Shown here: piece after piece, positions 1 through 9,892 of the stretch | Numbering within the stretch: the stretch's first letter is position 1 | Layout: each line of letters begins with the position of its first letter | Assembly: GCA_964561545.1 (NCBI GenBank) | Contig: CAZLQF010000003.1 | Span: forward strand, 74,775 to 138,774 | Length of the DNA stretch: 64,000 bases | Origin: an uncultured Sphingobacteriales bacterium | Lineage (GTDB): Bacteria; Bacteroidota; Bacteroidia; CAILMK01; CAYYUA01 | Direction of reading: 5' to 3' | Position numbers and translations under genes: made by a program | The notes under the pieces: model-generated | The model's input: the letters and a program-made list of their open reading frames with translations, nothing else | What the model was told of the DNA's origin: nothing | The model's database searches: none

Positions 1-18
1 TAAAAAAAGTTTAGTTTT

Positions 19-429
19 ATGAGTCAAAAAAATCAAAATGAATCAGAACAGGAGTTAAAGACAAGGTATTCGGATGAGGAATTGGAAGAATTCAGGCAGC
101 TTATCGAAAAGAAATTAAAAAAGGCAAGGGAAGAATATGAATTCTTGCATGAAGCCGTGAAAAATCCAAATGATCATGGGGTTGATGAAAACTACAACTC
201 TAACAAGCTTTTTGAGGAAACAAATGCTGCCACTGACAAAGAATCGCTAAGCCAATTGGCCGACCGTCAAAGGAAGTTCATTAAGAACTTAGAGGATGCT
301 CTCGTGCGTATTGAGAACAAAACCTACGGCATTTGCAAGGAAACAGGTGAACTAATCTCTAAGGAGCGCTTAAGGGCCGTACCTCACACTACCTCAAGCA
401 TAAAGGCTAAGCAGCAACAAAACAAATAA
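19..429 (+). CDS. DksA/TraR family RNA polymerase-binding regulator (single-Cys variant)
   Basis: 136 aa with a charged coiled-coil N-terminal half and a C-terminal motif YGICKETGELISKERLRAVPHTT typical of the DksA/TraR C-terminal region. It lies 4 bp upstream of lspA. Confidence 0.7.
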   Translation: MSQKNQNESEQELKTRYSDEELEEFRQLIEKKLKKAREEYEFLHEAVKNPNDHGVDENYNSNKLFEETNAATDKESLSQLADRQRKFIKNLEDALVRIENKTYGICKETGELISKERLRAVPHTTSSIKAKQQQNK

Positions 430-432
430 CGG

Positions 433-990
433 TTGAAGTACCTATACCCTTCCCTTTTCGTATTCTTCATTCTCTTATTAGATCAGGCATTTAAGGTATG
501 GGTGAAAACGACCATGCACCTTGGCCAAGAAATTGAAGTAATCGGGGAATGGTTTAAGCTGCACTTTACAGAAAATAAGGGTATCGCATTTGGGATTGAG
601 TTTGGTGGGCGTACCGGTAAGCTTTTCTTAAGCATTTTTAGAATTCTCGCTGCAGGTTTAATTGGTTATTATTTGTATTACTTGATCAACCGAAAGGTTA
701 AAAAAGGCTTGATTTTTAGTTTGTGCCTTATTTTAGCCGGGGCTGTTGGCAACATTATCGACAGTACTTTTTACGGGCTAGTATTCAGCTATGAGGGGTT
801 GTTTCAGGGTAGTGTTGTAGATATGCTTTACTTCCCTCTATGGAAAGGCTACCTTCCAGAATGGCTCCCTTTTCTTGGTGGTGACTATTTTATTTTCTTT
901 AGGCCTGTTTTTAACATTGCAGACAGTGCTATCACAATTGGAGTTCTCTCCATACTACTTTTTTACCGGGATGTTTTTAAGGATTGGTAG
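433..990 (+). CDS. lspA: lipoprotein signal peptidase II
   Basis: 185 aa, four predicted TM segments. Motifs NKGIAFGI and FNIADSAITIGV are typical of LspA. The start codon is probably TTG. Confidence 0.85.
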   Translation: MKYLYPSLFVFFILLLDQAFKVWVKTTMHLGQEIEVIGEWFKLHFTENKGIAFGIEFGGRTGKLFLSIFRILAAGLIGYYLYYLINRKVKKGLIFSLCLILAGAVGNIIDSTFYGLVFSYEGLFQGSVVDMLYFPLWKGYLPEWLPFLGGDYFIFFRPVFNIADSAITIGVLSILLFYRDVFKDW

Positions 991-1165
991 GGTCTTTGAT
1001 GGTTATGGACCATATGATTGCTTGAACAACCAATGATAGCACTTATTTTTGAAAGGTAGGCTGTTTTATTTTTTAAGGTATGGTTGATAGCTTTTGAAAA
1101 GGTTAGCAAGATGAATAAAGATTCTTTTAGCCCAAAGTATTATTGGTAATTTAGTTGGGGAAATT

Positions 1166-2449
1166 TTAGTCATTTCCTGAGCTTTTGGAAAGTTCAAGAA
1201 CGGTGATTTCAGGATAAACACCTATGCGGCCTGGAAAACCTGTAAAGCCCAAACCACGATTTACATACAACTTTTGCCTGCCTTTATGGTAAAGCCCGGC
1301 CCAGTGCTTATACAGGAGTTTGGCGGGGCTCCATCGAAAATTTCTTGTGTCGATACCAAATTGCATTCCATGCGTATGGCCTGAAAGTGTTAAATCTATT
1401 TGCTTATAACTTTTCGTTATTTCTTTATTCCAATGGGTTGGATCATGAGATAATAGAAGGTTGAAATGAGCGTTATTAGCACGCGGAAAGGCTTTTTCCA
1501 TATCCCCGTAATTCGGGAATTTCTTGATGGCGCTCCAATTCTCCAAGCCTATGACGTTAAGCTTGGCTTTACCTTTTTGAATCGTTTGATGGTTATTGCG
1601 GAGTAGTTGCCATCCCATCTGTTGATGATTTTGCTCCATTTGAACCATGTTGTAGGCTTTCTTTGCATGCGTATCCCAAGACAAATAATCCCCATAATCG
1701 TGATTGCCTAAAATGGAGTATACACCATGTTTAGCTTTAATTTGTTTCAAAATGTCGATAAATGGTTTAGCCTCTTCTGATTTAAAATTCACTAAATCGC
1801 CTGTAAAGCAAACCAAATCAGCATTTTGATCATTGACCAATTTGACCACTTCCTTAATGGGTTTGGTAGAAGTAAAACTGCCGGTGTGGAGGTCAGATAT
1901 CTGAACAACCTTAAATCTCTCCAATTCATTAGGGAGATCAGGAAAGGTGAGTTTTACGCGTTTTACTTTATAATTGAAAGCGCCTTTCATGACGCCATAA
2001 ACCATGGTAACAAATGGGATGACAGCTGAAAGATAACCAATATACCGGTATTTTTTGAACTTGAGTGTAGGGTTAGCAGCATCCTTTGTTAAATTTCTTT
2101 TGGCATAAGGTAGGTTAGTGTGGAGCTTATTGTAACTCCATTGGGTTATTTCCAGAAAATCTTCTTTGAATAAAAAGGGTAAAACGATAAGTTTTGTAAA
2201 ATACAATGAGACCAGATAAGGTGGGAAAAAAGCAGCGAAGAAACTGCCGTAATAGTATTGGGTAGCAAAGTAATAAGAAGCGATGACCATGTAGGTCAAA
2301 ATACTTGTAAGCCAATAAAAAAAAGCAAGGGTTTTTTTATTTCTGACCCTGAAACGGTTGGATATAGTTCTTAACCCTTCCAAACTGTAATAATCAATGG
2401 CATAAAGCAAGGTGGTAAGAAGTATGAAAAATACGATTTTTGAGGTCAT
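1166..2449 (-). CDS. membrane-anchored metallophosphoesterase (calcineurin-like)
   Basis: N-terminal polytopic hydrophobic region followed by metallophosphoesterase motifs (GDLV, GNHDYGDY, SGHTHGMQ). Confidence 0.75.
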   Translation of the reverse strand: MTSKIVFFILLTTLLYAIDYYSLEGLRTISNRFRVRNKKTLAFFYWLTSILTYMVIASYYFATQYYYGSFFAAFFPPYLVSLYFTKLIVLPFLFKEDFLEITQWSYNKLHTNLPYAKRNLTKDAANPTLKFKKYRYIGYLSAVIPFVTMVYGVMKGAFNYKVKRVKLTFPDLPNELERFKVVQISDLHTGSFTSTKPIKEVVKLVNDQNADLVCFTGDLVNFKSEEAKPFIDILKQIKAKHGVYSILGNHDYGDYLSWDTHAKKAYNMVQMEQNHQQMGWQLLRNNHQTIQKGKAKLNVIGLENWSAIKKFPNYGDMEKAFPRANNAHFNLLLSHDPTHWNKEITKSYKQIDLTLSGHTHGMQFGIDTRNFRWSPAKLLYKHWAGLYHKGRQKLYVNRGLGFTGFPGRIGVYPEITVLELSKSSGND

Positions 2450-2505
2450 TAAAATAAGCGTATATACCTTAAAATGTACAAAACCTAACTAAGCCTTATT
2501 TAAAT

Positions 2506-4179
2506 ATGTTCCCATTGACACAATTATCTAAACATATCAGCCAAGTTCTGACCGGATTATTTATTGTAATTCAGATTATTGAATATGCGCAGGCTCAGGA
2601 AATCAATTATTTTTCTGATATGACTTTTTCCAAATACGACACTTTAAGGGGGACACTCAACACGCGTAGAACTTGTTACGATGTTCATTTTTATGACCTT
2701 AACATCCGCGTCAACCCAGAAAATAAGACCATTAAAGGTTCTAATAGCATTCATTACCAAGTGGAGTCCAAATTTAGAATCTTCCAGGTTGACCTCTTTG
2801 CCAATATGAAAATTGACAGCATTACTGGAAATGGAACCAAACTGAATTACAGGCGGGACAGCAATGTTATTTTGCCTCGGTTCCCGGATGTTCAGGAAAA
2901 AGGGGAAAAAGGAAAATTTACGGTTTATTACCGAGGTAAACCAAAAGAGGCTGAAAACCCTCCCTGGGATGGGGGCTTTGTATGGGAAAATGATGAAAAA
3001 GGCAGACCATGGATAGGGGTAGCCTGTCAAGGCATCGGTGCAAGCTTGTGGTGGCCCAATAAGGATCATCTATCGGAAGAGCCCGATAGTATGAAGATTA
3101 GTTGCGAAGTACCAAAAGATTTAACTTGTGTATCTAATGGGCGACTCACCAACACTACAAAACGCTCGGATGGCTATCAACGCTATTCTTGGTTGGTTAG
3201 CTACCCGATTAACAATTACAATGTTACCCTTAACATTGGCCATTATACCCATTTTGAGGACCAGTATGTTAATGAAAACGATACCCTTGAGCTGGACTAC
3301 TACGTACTTGACTACAACAAAGGCAAAGCCAAGGATCATTTTCTGCAAGTGCCTGGGATGTTAGGATGCTTCGAAGAATATTTTGGCCCTTATCCATTTC
3401 CAAAGGATGGCTATGGTTTAGTAGAAACACCTTATTGGGGCATGGAACATCAGGGAGCCATCGCTTATGGTAATAACTATGAAAACAATGAATTAGGATT
3501 TGATTACATTATTATCCATGAAAGTGCCCATGAATGGTGGGGCAATAGCATCAGTACCCACGATCATGGAGCATTGTGGATTCATGAATCATTTACCACT
3601 TATGCTGAAGCGCTTTTTGTAGAATGTAAGTACGATTATTCCACAGCCATTAAGTACCTAAAATCACAAAAACCAAGAATTCAAAACAAGGAGCCGATAT
3701 TGGGGCCATTAGGAGTAAATTTCAATAGCTTTCAGTCATCAGACATGTACTACAAAGGTTCATGGATGTTACATACATTGAGAAGCACCATCAATGACGA
3801 TGAACAATGGTTTCATATGTTAAGGTCGCTTAACCAGAAATTTCGCAATGACATCGTAACAACCCAAACGATAACAACTTTTATCAATGACCGTACCTCC
3901 ATAGAGCTATCTAACTTTTTTAAGCAATATTTAAGGCATCCCGAACCGCCAAAATTTGAATATCGCCTCATAGAAAAGGGCAATCGGGTAATGATCAAAT
4001 ACAGGTGGGTTACCAATACCGTTGCTTACAAAATGCCAATTTCAATTAAGGTTGGAAAAAAAGGTAAAAAAAGACTTCGGCCATCTCAAGAGTGGCAAAC
4101 CCAAGATTTAGGTTCAATCAACAAGGATCATGTAAAAGTGGCTACGGATAAGTTTTATGTAATTCTTCAAGAAAAGTAA
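2506..4179 (+). CDS. M1 family zinc metallopeptidase (aminopeptidase N-like), secreted
   Basis: Signal peptide. Gluzincin motif HESAHEWWGN followed by a downstream glutamate in WIHESFTTY (HEXXH-X18-E). Confidence 0.8.
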   Translation: MFPLTQLSKHISQVLTGLFIVIQIIEYAQAQEINYFSDMTFSKYDTLRGTLNTRRTCYDVHFYDLNIRVNPENKTIKGSNSIHYQVESKFRIFQVDLFANMKIDSITGNGTKLNYRRDSNVILPRFPDVQEKGEKGKFTVYYRGKPKEAENPPWDGGFVWENDEKGRPWIGVACQGIGASLWWPNKDHLSEEPDSMKISCEVPKDLTCVSNGRLTNTTKRSDGYQRYSWLVSYPINNYNVTLNIGHYTHFEDQYVNENDTLELDYYVLDYNKGKAKDHFLQVPGMLGCFEEYFGPYPFPKDGYGLVETPYWGMEHQGAIAYGNNYENNELGFDYIIIHESAHEWWGNSISTHDHGALWIHESFTTYAEALFVECKYDYSTAIKYLKSQKPRIQNKEPILGPLGVNFNSFQSSDMYYKGSWMLHTLRSTINDDEQWFHMLRSLNQKFRNDIVTTQTITTFINDRTSIELSNFFKQYLRHPEPPKFEYRLIEKGNRVMIKYRWVTNTVAYKMPISIKVGKKGKKRLRPSQEWQTQDLGSINKDHVKVATDKFYVILQEK

Positions 4180-4458
4180 ATTTTACAACACAATTCTGCC
4201 TTTTTATCATTACCAATCAGCCAGAAAGGTATAGGAAAGGCGTTTTGGGAGGTTGAATTAAAAATGGGTACAAAAGCATCTTATTTCAAATACAAAAGTA
4301 CATTTGATATTTACGCCCTATCCTAATTTAAACAATTGCCAATCAATAACATGTATTTGAAGCAGCCAGCATTGCTAATTTAGATTCAGGTAGCATAGCC
4401 ACCAATGGGATTGGTTTAAATTCAGTCTGAATGGTCAGTTAGTTATTTAAGAAAGGGC

Positions 4459-5205
4459 TTACATTTCCATACCTCCACAAACGCTAAGCGTTTGCCCCGT
4501 AATGTAGGCACTCATGTCAGAAGCCAAGAAAACTGCTGTATTGGCCACATCTTCTGATTGACCCGGACGCTGTAGCGGAATGATCGCTTGCCATTTTTTG
4601 AGTGTTGCTTCATCCAATTCCTCGGTCATTTCGGTTTCAATGAATCCCGGTGCCACAACATTGCTACGAATGTTTCTGGAGCCCAATTCTTTTGCCAGAG
4701 ACTTGGAAAAACCTACAATGCCAGCTTTGGAAGCAGCATAATTAGATTGACCTGGATTGCCTTGCAAGCCTACAATGGAGCTTACGTGGATGAAAGAACC
4801 CTTGCGGTTTTTCATCATTGGCTTGACGGCAAACTTGGATATATTGAAAATGGACTTGAGATTGGTATTGATGACCTCATCCCATTGTTCTTCATTTAGG
4901 CGAAGCAGTAAATTGTCCTGCGTTATGCCTGCATTGTTAACCACCACTTCCAATCCTTCAAAGTCCTGAGTGATATTTTTAATCAATTCCTCAGCAGCTT
5001 GATAATCTGCGGCATCCGATTGGTACCCTTTGGCTTTTACACCATGCTCTTCAAGTTCCTGAGCCAAAGCTTGTGCTTTTTCCACAGAGGAGCGATAAGT
5101 AAAGGCGATGTTGGCACCTTGTTCGGAAAATTTTTGAGCAATGCCTTTACCAATGCCTCGGGTAGCACCGGTTATAAGGGCTGTTTTTCCTTCTAATAAT
5201 TGCAT
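4459..5205 (-). CDS. fabG: 3-oxoacyl-[acyl-carrier-protein] reductase
   Basis: 248 aa SDR with TALITGATRGIGKGIA glycine-rich motif, NNAG, and YAASKAG catalytic tetrad. Length and end motif (GQTLSVCGGM) are typical of FabG. Confidence 0.85.
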   Translation of the reverse strand: MQLLEGKTALITGATRGIGKGIAQKFSEQGANIAFTYRSSVEKAQALAQELEEHGVKAKGYQSDAADYQAAEELIKNITQDFEGLEVVVNNAGITQDNLLLRLNEEQWDEVINTNLKSIFNISKFAVKPMMKNRKGSFIHVSSIVGLQGNPGQSNYAASKAGIVGFSKSLAKELGSRNIRSNVVAPGFIETEMTEELDEATLKKWQAIIPLQRPGQSEDVANTAVFLASDMSAYITGQTLSVCGGMEM

Positions 5206-5258
5206 TTGAGGATTTTTATGTTAATAACTGCAAATCGTTAACTGCAACCTGTCAATGG

Positions 5259-6140
5259 TTAACTGCCCACTGTTTGAAGCGCACTGCTCATGGTTGATCC
5301 AATGTGAGCCGGATTGTCAACCACGTGAATGCCACAATCCCTCATTACCTTCATCTTCGCTTCGGCTGTGTCTTCAGAACCCCCTACAATGGCGCCGGCA
5401 TGGCCCATTCTTCGGCCTTTTGGTGCTGTTTGCCCGGCAATGAATCCTACAACAGGTTTCGTTCCGTGTTCATAAACCCAGCGAGCAGCTTCAGACTCCA
5501 TAGGACCGCCAATCTCACCGATCATGATAATGCCTTCTGTATCTTGATCGTTGGTCAACATCTCCACTGCTTCTTTAGTAGAGGTACCAATGATGGGATC
5601 ACCACCAATGCCAATACAAGTAGATTGTCCCAAATTTTGTTTGGTTACTTGATCAACTGCTTCATAGGTTAATGTACCTGAACGGGAAACAATACCAATT
5701 TTACCTGGTGTGTGGATGAAACCCGGCATGATGCCAACCTTGCATTCTCCAGGCGTAATTACACCAGGACAATTGGGACCTACCAACCGGCAATTCTTAT
5801 CAGATAAAAATTCCTGAACAGTGATCATGTCTTTCGTTGGAATGCCTTCTGTGATACAAACCACCAAATCAACCCCTGCATCGGCTGCTTCCATTATAGA
5901 ATCGGCAGCAAATGGGGGAGGTACAAAGATTACGGAAACATTGGCACCTGCCTCCCTTACGGCTCCTTCAACGGTATCAAAAACTGGCTTGTCAAGATGC
6001 TTAGTGCCTCCTTTTCCTGGCGTTACACCGCCAATAACATTCGTACCATATTCGATCATTTGCTCGGCATGAAATGAGCCTTCCTTGCCGGTAAATCCTT
6101 GTACAACGATTCGGGAATCTTTATTGACTAAAATGCTCAT
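5259..6140 (-). CDS. sucD: succinyl-CoA synthetase alpha subunit
   Basis: 293 aa with the canonical SucD N-terminus ([18 protein letters not shown]), CoA-binding motifs and the phosphohistidine loop (MGHAGAIV). Confidence 0.9.
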   Translation of the reverse strand: MSILVNKDSRIVVQGFTGKEGSFHAEQMIEYGTNVIGGVTPGKGGTKHLDKPVFDTVEGAVREAGANVSVIFVPPPFAADSIMEAADAGVDLVVCITEGIPTKDMITVQEFLSDKNCRLVGPNCPGVITPGECKVGIMPGFIHTPGKIGIVSRSGTLTYEAVDQVTKQNLGQSTCIGIGGDPIIGTSTKEAVEMLTNDQDTEGIIMIGEIGGPMESEAARWVYEHGTKPVVGFIAGQTAPKGRRMGHAGAIVGGSEDTAEAKMKVMRDCGIHVVDNPAHIGSTMSSALQTVGS

Positions 6141-6617
6141 GATGTAGGTTTATTTACTTTTGAACGGGTTTTTCAAAAGTGCCAAAATACAACAATTGTT
6201 GAAGATTTAAAAAAGCATATCTTCAGGTTAGTAGCCATTGTTAAAATTAAAAGAATTTAGGTGAGGTAAATTGCCGGTCTGTTTAAATTTTTACTGATTT
6301 AAAATGTTGATAGGCCTTGAATAAGTTATTGCAAGCCCGAACCAGCTATGAAGGGGGCTAGAGATTATTACAGATTTTTTAGACCGGCCTTAGTAAAACC
6401 GCTCTGTTAGCCTCCAATCTGCTAAGGGGAATGTATCTCAGAGCTTTCGCATAAACCATCATCCCTTTCAAGGGATTGGAAATTAAAAGCCTTCTCCATA
6501 ACGGCATGGCTAAAGGGTTAATGACTTGAAGATTTATCAGTTAAGTTTGATAGGTGCAGAAATCTGTGATAATTAGTGATTAAATAACAGCAAAAAAATG
6601 ACTGAGGCATGAGTGTT

Positions 6618-6914
6618 TTAATCAAGTTTATCAATTGTTTCTAAAGACCAAGCCTCAGGCTTCGCAGCAAATAATTTTTTAGTATCAGCCCAGGTTTCCT
6701 TAAATAGGTTCGATTGACGGTATCGTTCGAGCGATGCCTGATCCTCCCAATAACTGTATGTAAACAGGATCCGAGGGGCACTTTGATCTTTTAATAATTC
6801 CAGGTAATTGCAGCCTTCAAAAGCCCTGATCCTGGCTTTGCTGTTGTTAAAGATCTCCATAAATTCTGGAATGGCTTCTTCCCTGAATGTCATTTTTACA
6901 ACCCTAATTATCAT
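6618..6914 (-). CDS. ABM-domain (antibiotic biosynthesis monooxygenase-like) protein
   Basis: 98 aa, ferredoxin-like ABM pattern. Overlaps the upstream gene by 4 bp. Confidence 0.55.
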   Translation of the reverse strand: MIIRVVKMTFREEAIPEFMEIFNNSKARIRAFEGCNYLELLKDQSAPRILFTYSYWEDQASLERYRQSNLFKETWADTKKLFAAKPEAWSLETIDKLD

Positions 6915-7684
6915 TCGAATTCTAATATTATGATTTGACCAATTTCCAACCCCAACAATTTTGCAGCATTTCCTTTGTTAATGGCTATTTCAAGCAACCC
7001 TGTTGTTCCAAATAAAGCCACCCGTTCACCTTCAGGCACATCCTCGTAATGCTCCGATATTTTGTTGATGTATTCATTTTTGCTGTAATTAAGCTTTTCT
7101 TGCTTTTTACCCTGGTAGCGCTCAAAGTTTTCATAAGCAATGTTGGTGATGACATTTCCAAAGTTATCAATATGGATAACTGTACCTCTTATGATGTCCT
7201 CCATTAATATGGCCCGCAGGCTCATGCGGGTTTGAACTTCAGTCGTCTCATTTGCAAAATCCTTTATTTCAGCACCTTCCTTGAGTTGGCAAGCTGTTGA
7301 GGCCATGATGTATTTTAGCGGAAATTTTAAATCCGCCTTGTTAGCAACCGGGAGTTGGTAGATTTTTTGAAAAGGTTCATCAGTAATGAGCGTAATGAGG
7401 CCATTGTCCTTGGCCAGAAAATATTGGTTGTTGATCACTGCTAAAATATAGGAACTTCCAATATCAATATCTGATTCTACGCTAATGAGATGAATGGTGT
7501 TTGCGGGAAAATCCTGGTACGTATAGCGTAAAACAAAGGCTGCTTCTCCAATGTTGAAGGGTTGAATTTGGTGAGCAATGTCCACTAAATTCACCGATGG
7601 CACGCGGTTAAGAATATACCCCTTGACTGCAGGTACGTAAAAATCTTTTAAACCTAAGTCGGTTGTAAGGGTTATAATTGACAT
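6911..7684 (-). CDS. SAM hydroxide adenosyltransferase / SAM hydrolase family protein (DUF62)
   Basis: 257 aa. N-terminal ITLTTDLG, DFYVPAVKG and central IHIDNFGNVITNI motifs are characteristic of the fluorinase/chlorinase-related DUF62 family. Confidence 0.7.
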   Translation of the reverse strand: MSIITLTTDLGLKDFYVPAVKGYILNRVPSVNLVDIAHQIQPFNIGEAAFVLRYTYQDFPANTIHLISVESDIDIGSSYILAVINNQYFLAKDNGLITLITDEPFQKIYQLPVANKADLKFPLKYIMASTACQLKEGAEIKDFANETTEVQTRMSLRAILMEDIIRGTVIHIDNFGNVITNIAYENFERYQGKKQEKLNYSKNEYINKISEHYEDVPEGERVALFGTTGLLEIAINKGNAAKLLGLEIGQIIILEFE

Positions 7685-7747
7685 GCTTTGGTTGATTGAG
7701 TCGCAAAATTATTTTAACTTTTCCAATATAAATTTAAAAGCAAACAT

Positions 7748-8710
7748 TTGAGCGAAATTAAGATTAAACTTGACGAAATACATCCGGTAGAAATCTTAGG
7801 CAGCAATAATGAAAAGCTAAAGATCATTCAAGAAGCATTTCCCAAATTACAAATCCACGCCAGGGGAAACGAGCTAAAAATCCAAGGAGACACATCAGAG
7901 ATTGAGCGGCTTGATGAAAAACTTAACCGCATGATAAACCATGTGCTTAGGCATGATCAGTTGCCAGAAAATCGCTTGGTTGAAATAATTAAATCTGAGC
8001 AGCCAGAACTAAAGAATGGCAGTAAAGAAGATAAGTCTGATGTATTGGTGCATGGCAACCATGGCTTGGTAATCCGCACCAAAACCATTAACCAGCAAAA
8101 GCTTTACCAAGCTACGCAGGACAATGATTTGGTATTTGCTACTGGCCCGGCTGGTACAGGCAAAACTTATACATCTGTAGCAATAGCTGTTCGGGCTTTG
8201 AAAAATAAGGAAGTAAAAAAGATCATCCTAACCCGTCCTGCCGTGGAGGCGGGAGAAAGTTTGGGTTTTTTACCAGGGGATATCAGTGAAAAAGTAGATC
8301 CCTATTTACAGCCTCTTTACGATGCCTTGTACGATATGATACCCGGGGATAAACTCAGGGAGTATTTGGAAAACAAAACCATAGAAATTGCACCCTTGGC
8401 CTTTATGCGGGGTAGAACTTTGAACAACGCTTACGTAATTCTGGACGAAGCTCAAAATGCTACTTCGATGCAGCTTAAGATGTTTTTAACGCGTATGGGT
8501 CCTGATGCAAAATTTATGGTCAATGGGGACCTAACCCAGATCGACCTGCCAATGCAACAAACCTCAGGTTTGGTTAAAGCCATTAACCTCTTAAAAGATA
8601 TTGAAGGAGTAGAAGTGGTGCAGTTGGATGTTAATGATGTAACTCGCCATAAACTTGTGAAAGATATCATTGGCGCTTATGAAGAAGATGCCCAGCAAAG
8701 TAATAAGTAG
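7748..8710 (+). CDS. phoH: PhoH family ATPase
   Basis: Walker A GPAGTGKTY, then ILTRPAVEAGESLGFLPGD and LDEAQN motifs diagnostic of PhoH/YbeZ. Confidence 0.85.
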   Translation: MSEIKIKLDEIHPVEILGSNNEKLKIIQEAFPKLQIHARGNELKIQGDTSEIERLDEKLNRMINHVLRHDQLPENRLVEIIKSEQPELKNGSKEDKSDVLVHGNHGLVIRTKTINQQKLYQATQDNDLVFATGPAGTGKTYTSVAIAVRALKNKEVKKIILTRPAVEAGESLGFLPGDISEKVDPYLQPLYDALYDMIPGDKLREYLENKTIEIAPLAFMRGRTLNNAYVILDEAQNATSMQLKMFLTRMGPDAKFMVNGDLTQIDLPMQQTSGLVKAINLLKDIEGVEVVQLDVNDVTRHKLVKDIIGAYEEDAQQSNK

Positions 8711-8951
8711 CTTATAGAAGAATTTCCAAGAATTTAGATTGGCGAACATTCAATACTTTTCTCTTCCATGTTATCCCTAAGGTGCCAATAGGCTATTGCC
8801 GAATTAAATGCGGATTTTTTCACGATGCCAATTATTTATTACAAAATGATTCATGGCTAATCGTTGAAAGTACTTGCCTTTTCTACTATCTACTAACCAA
8901 GAAATCCTGGGAACTTGGCCTTCGAGGTACTGTATTTTTTACTTTGTAAAA

Positions 8952-9761
8952 TTAATTGCTTGGTGCCGGTATACTTCCTTTTTTAGGAAAATGGACAGAG
9001 AATCCTATTAGTAGCTGAAATCCCGATTGGGCTATTTCAACATCAGCCGCACGGTTTATAAACTCTCTGTTAATATCGTTGAGGCTTTGATGGAATTTAG
9101 CTTCAATGTAAATGGAACTTGTGGGGCCTACCACAAAACGGGAACCTGCACCGATTAATAGGGGAAATTCATTGTCTGAAAAGCCATTCAGATCGTTAAC
9201 AATTACTGAATTGCTTACATCAGAGAATGCTACTTTTATGGAAGCGTCCAATAATATATTCAGGGCCGCACCCCCTTGGATGTAGAACTGCTGAAATATA
9301 CTCCCAAAAAGGTGATTAAAATTGGTTTGGTATTTCATGTAAAAAGGAAGGGTTAGGTAGTTCAGGCTTATGTTCCAGGTTTGAGTAGTGGTATCAAGTT
9401 TTTGGGCCATTTCACTTGATTTACTGATGTAGCCAGGTTCAAATTGATAGGCATTGCCCGTGTTGCTTCCATATTTCCCAAACAACTGGATTGAGAAGCC
9501 AGAACCTGGACTCAATGACAAACGGTCGGTCTGTGGTTGAGGAGTAAAAATGAGGGTATTCGTGTTGACTCCGTTTTTAATGCCCAATTCGAAAGTAGAA
9601 TTCTCTATAATACCCAATGGGCTTTTAACCAGGTTGCCTTCTTTATGATCATCTTGATAGTTAACATCCTGACCAAGACCAGTTAATGCTGGCATTAATG
9701 CTATAACAAAAGCAGCAACCTGTTTTAAGAATGAATGCCTCATTAAACTGATTTTAGCCAT
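8952..9761 (-). CDS. outer-membrane beta-barrel protein (hypothetical)
   Basis: Signal peptide, alternating hydrophobic beta-strand pattern, C-terminal aromatic-rich end. No specific family recognised. Confidence 0.45.
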   Translation of the reverse strand: MAKISLMRHSFLKQVAAFVIALMPALTGLGQDVNYQDDHKEGNLVKSPLGIIENSTFELGIKNGVNTNTLIFTPQPQTDRLSLSPGSGFSIQLFGKYGSNTGNAYQFEPGYISKSSEMAQKLDTTTQTWNISLNYLTLPFYMKYQTNFNHLFGSIFQQFYIQGGAALNILLDASIKVAFSDVSNSVIVNDLNGFSDNEFPLLIGAGSRFVVGPTSSIYIEAKFHQSLNDINREFINRAADVEIAQSGFQLLIGFSVHFPKKGSIPAPSN

Positions 9762-9892
9762 TGCTTCCTTTTCCTCATATTCAGCTATTTAGGCCAATTG
9801 GAAAATAGAAATGAGATGTACAATAAAGCATCTATTGGTAGACTTAAAGGTAAATTAAAATTGGCATCTTATTTTTGCCCTAAATCGAAACT

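Noticed and set aside
2644-3364. Antisense and alternate-frame ORFs (2644..3069, 3121..3348, 3128..3364) inside the M1 peptidase gene
   Set aside because: They overlap a strongly supported CDS with clear HEXXH+E motifs and have no recognisable domains.
8780-8830. Possible terminator between convergent phoH and the OMP gene (GCCAATAGGCTATTGCC ... GGATTTTTT)
   Set aside because: The inverted repeat leaves only a 1-nt loop, which is sterically implausible. The T tract is separated from any stable stem. Not called.
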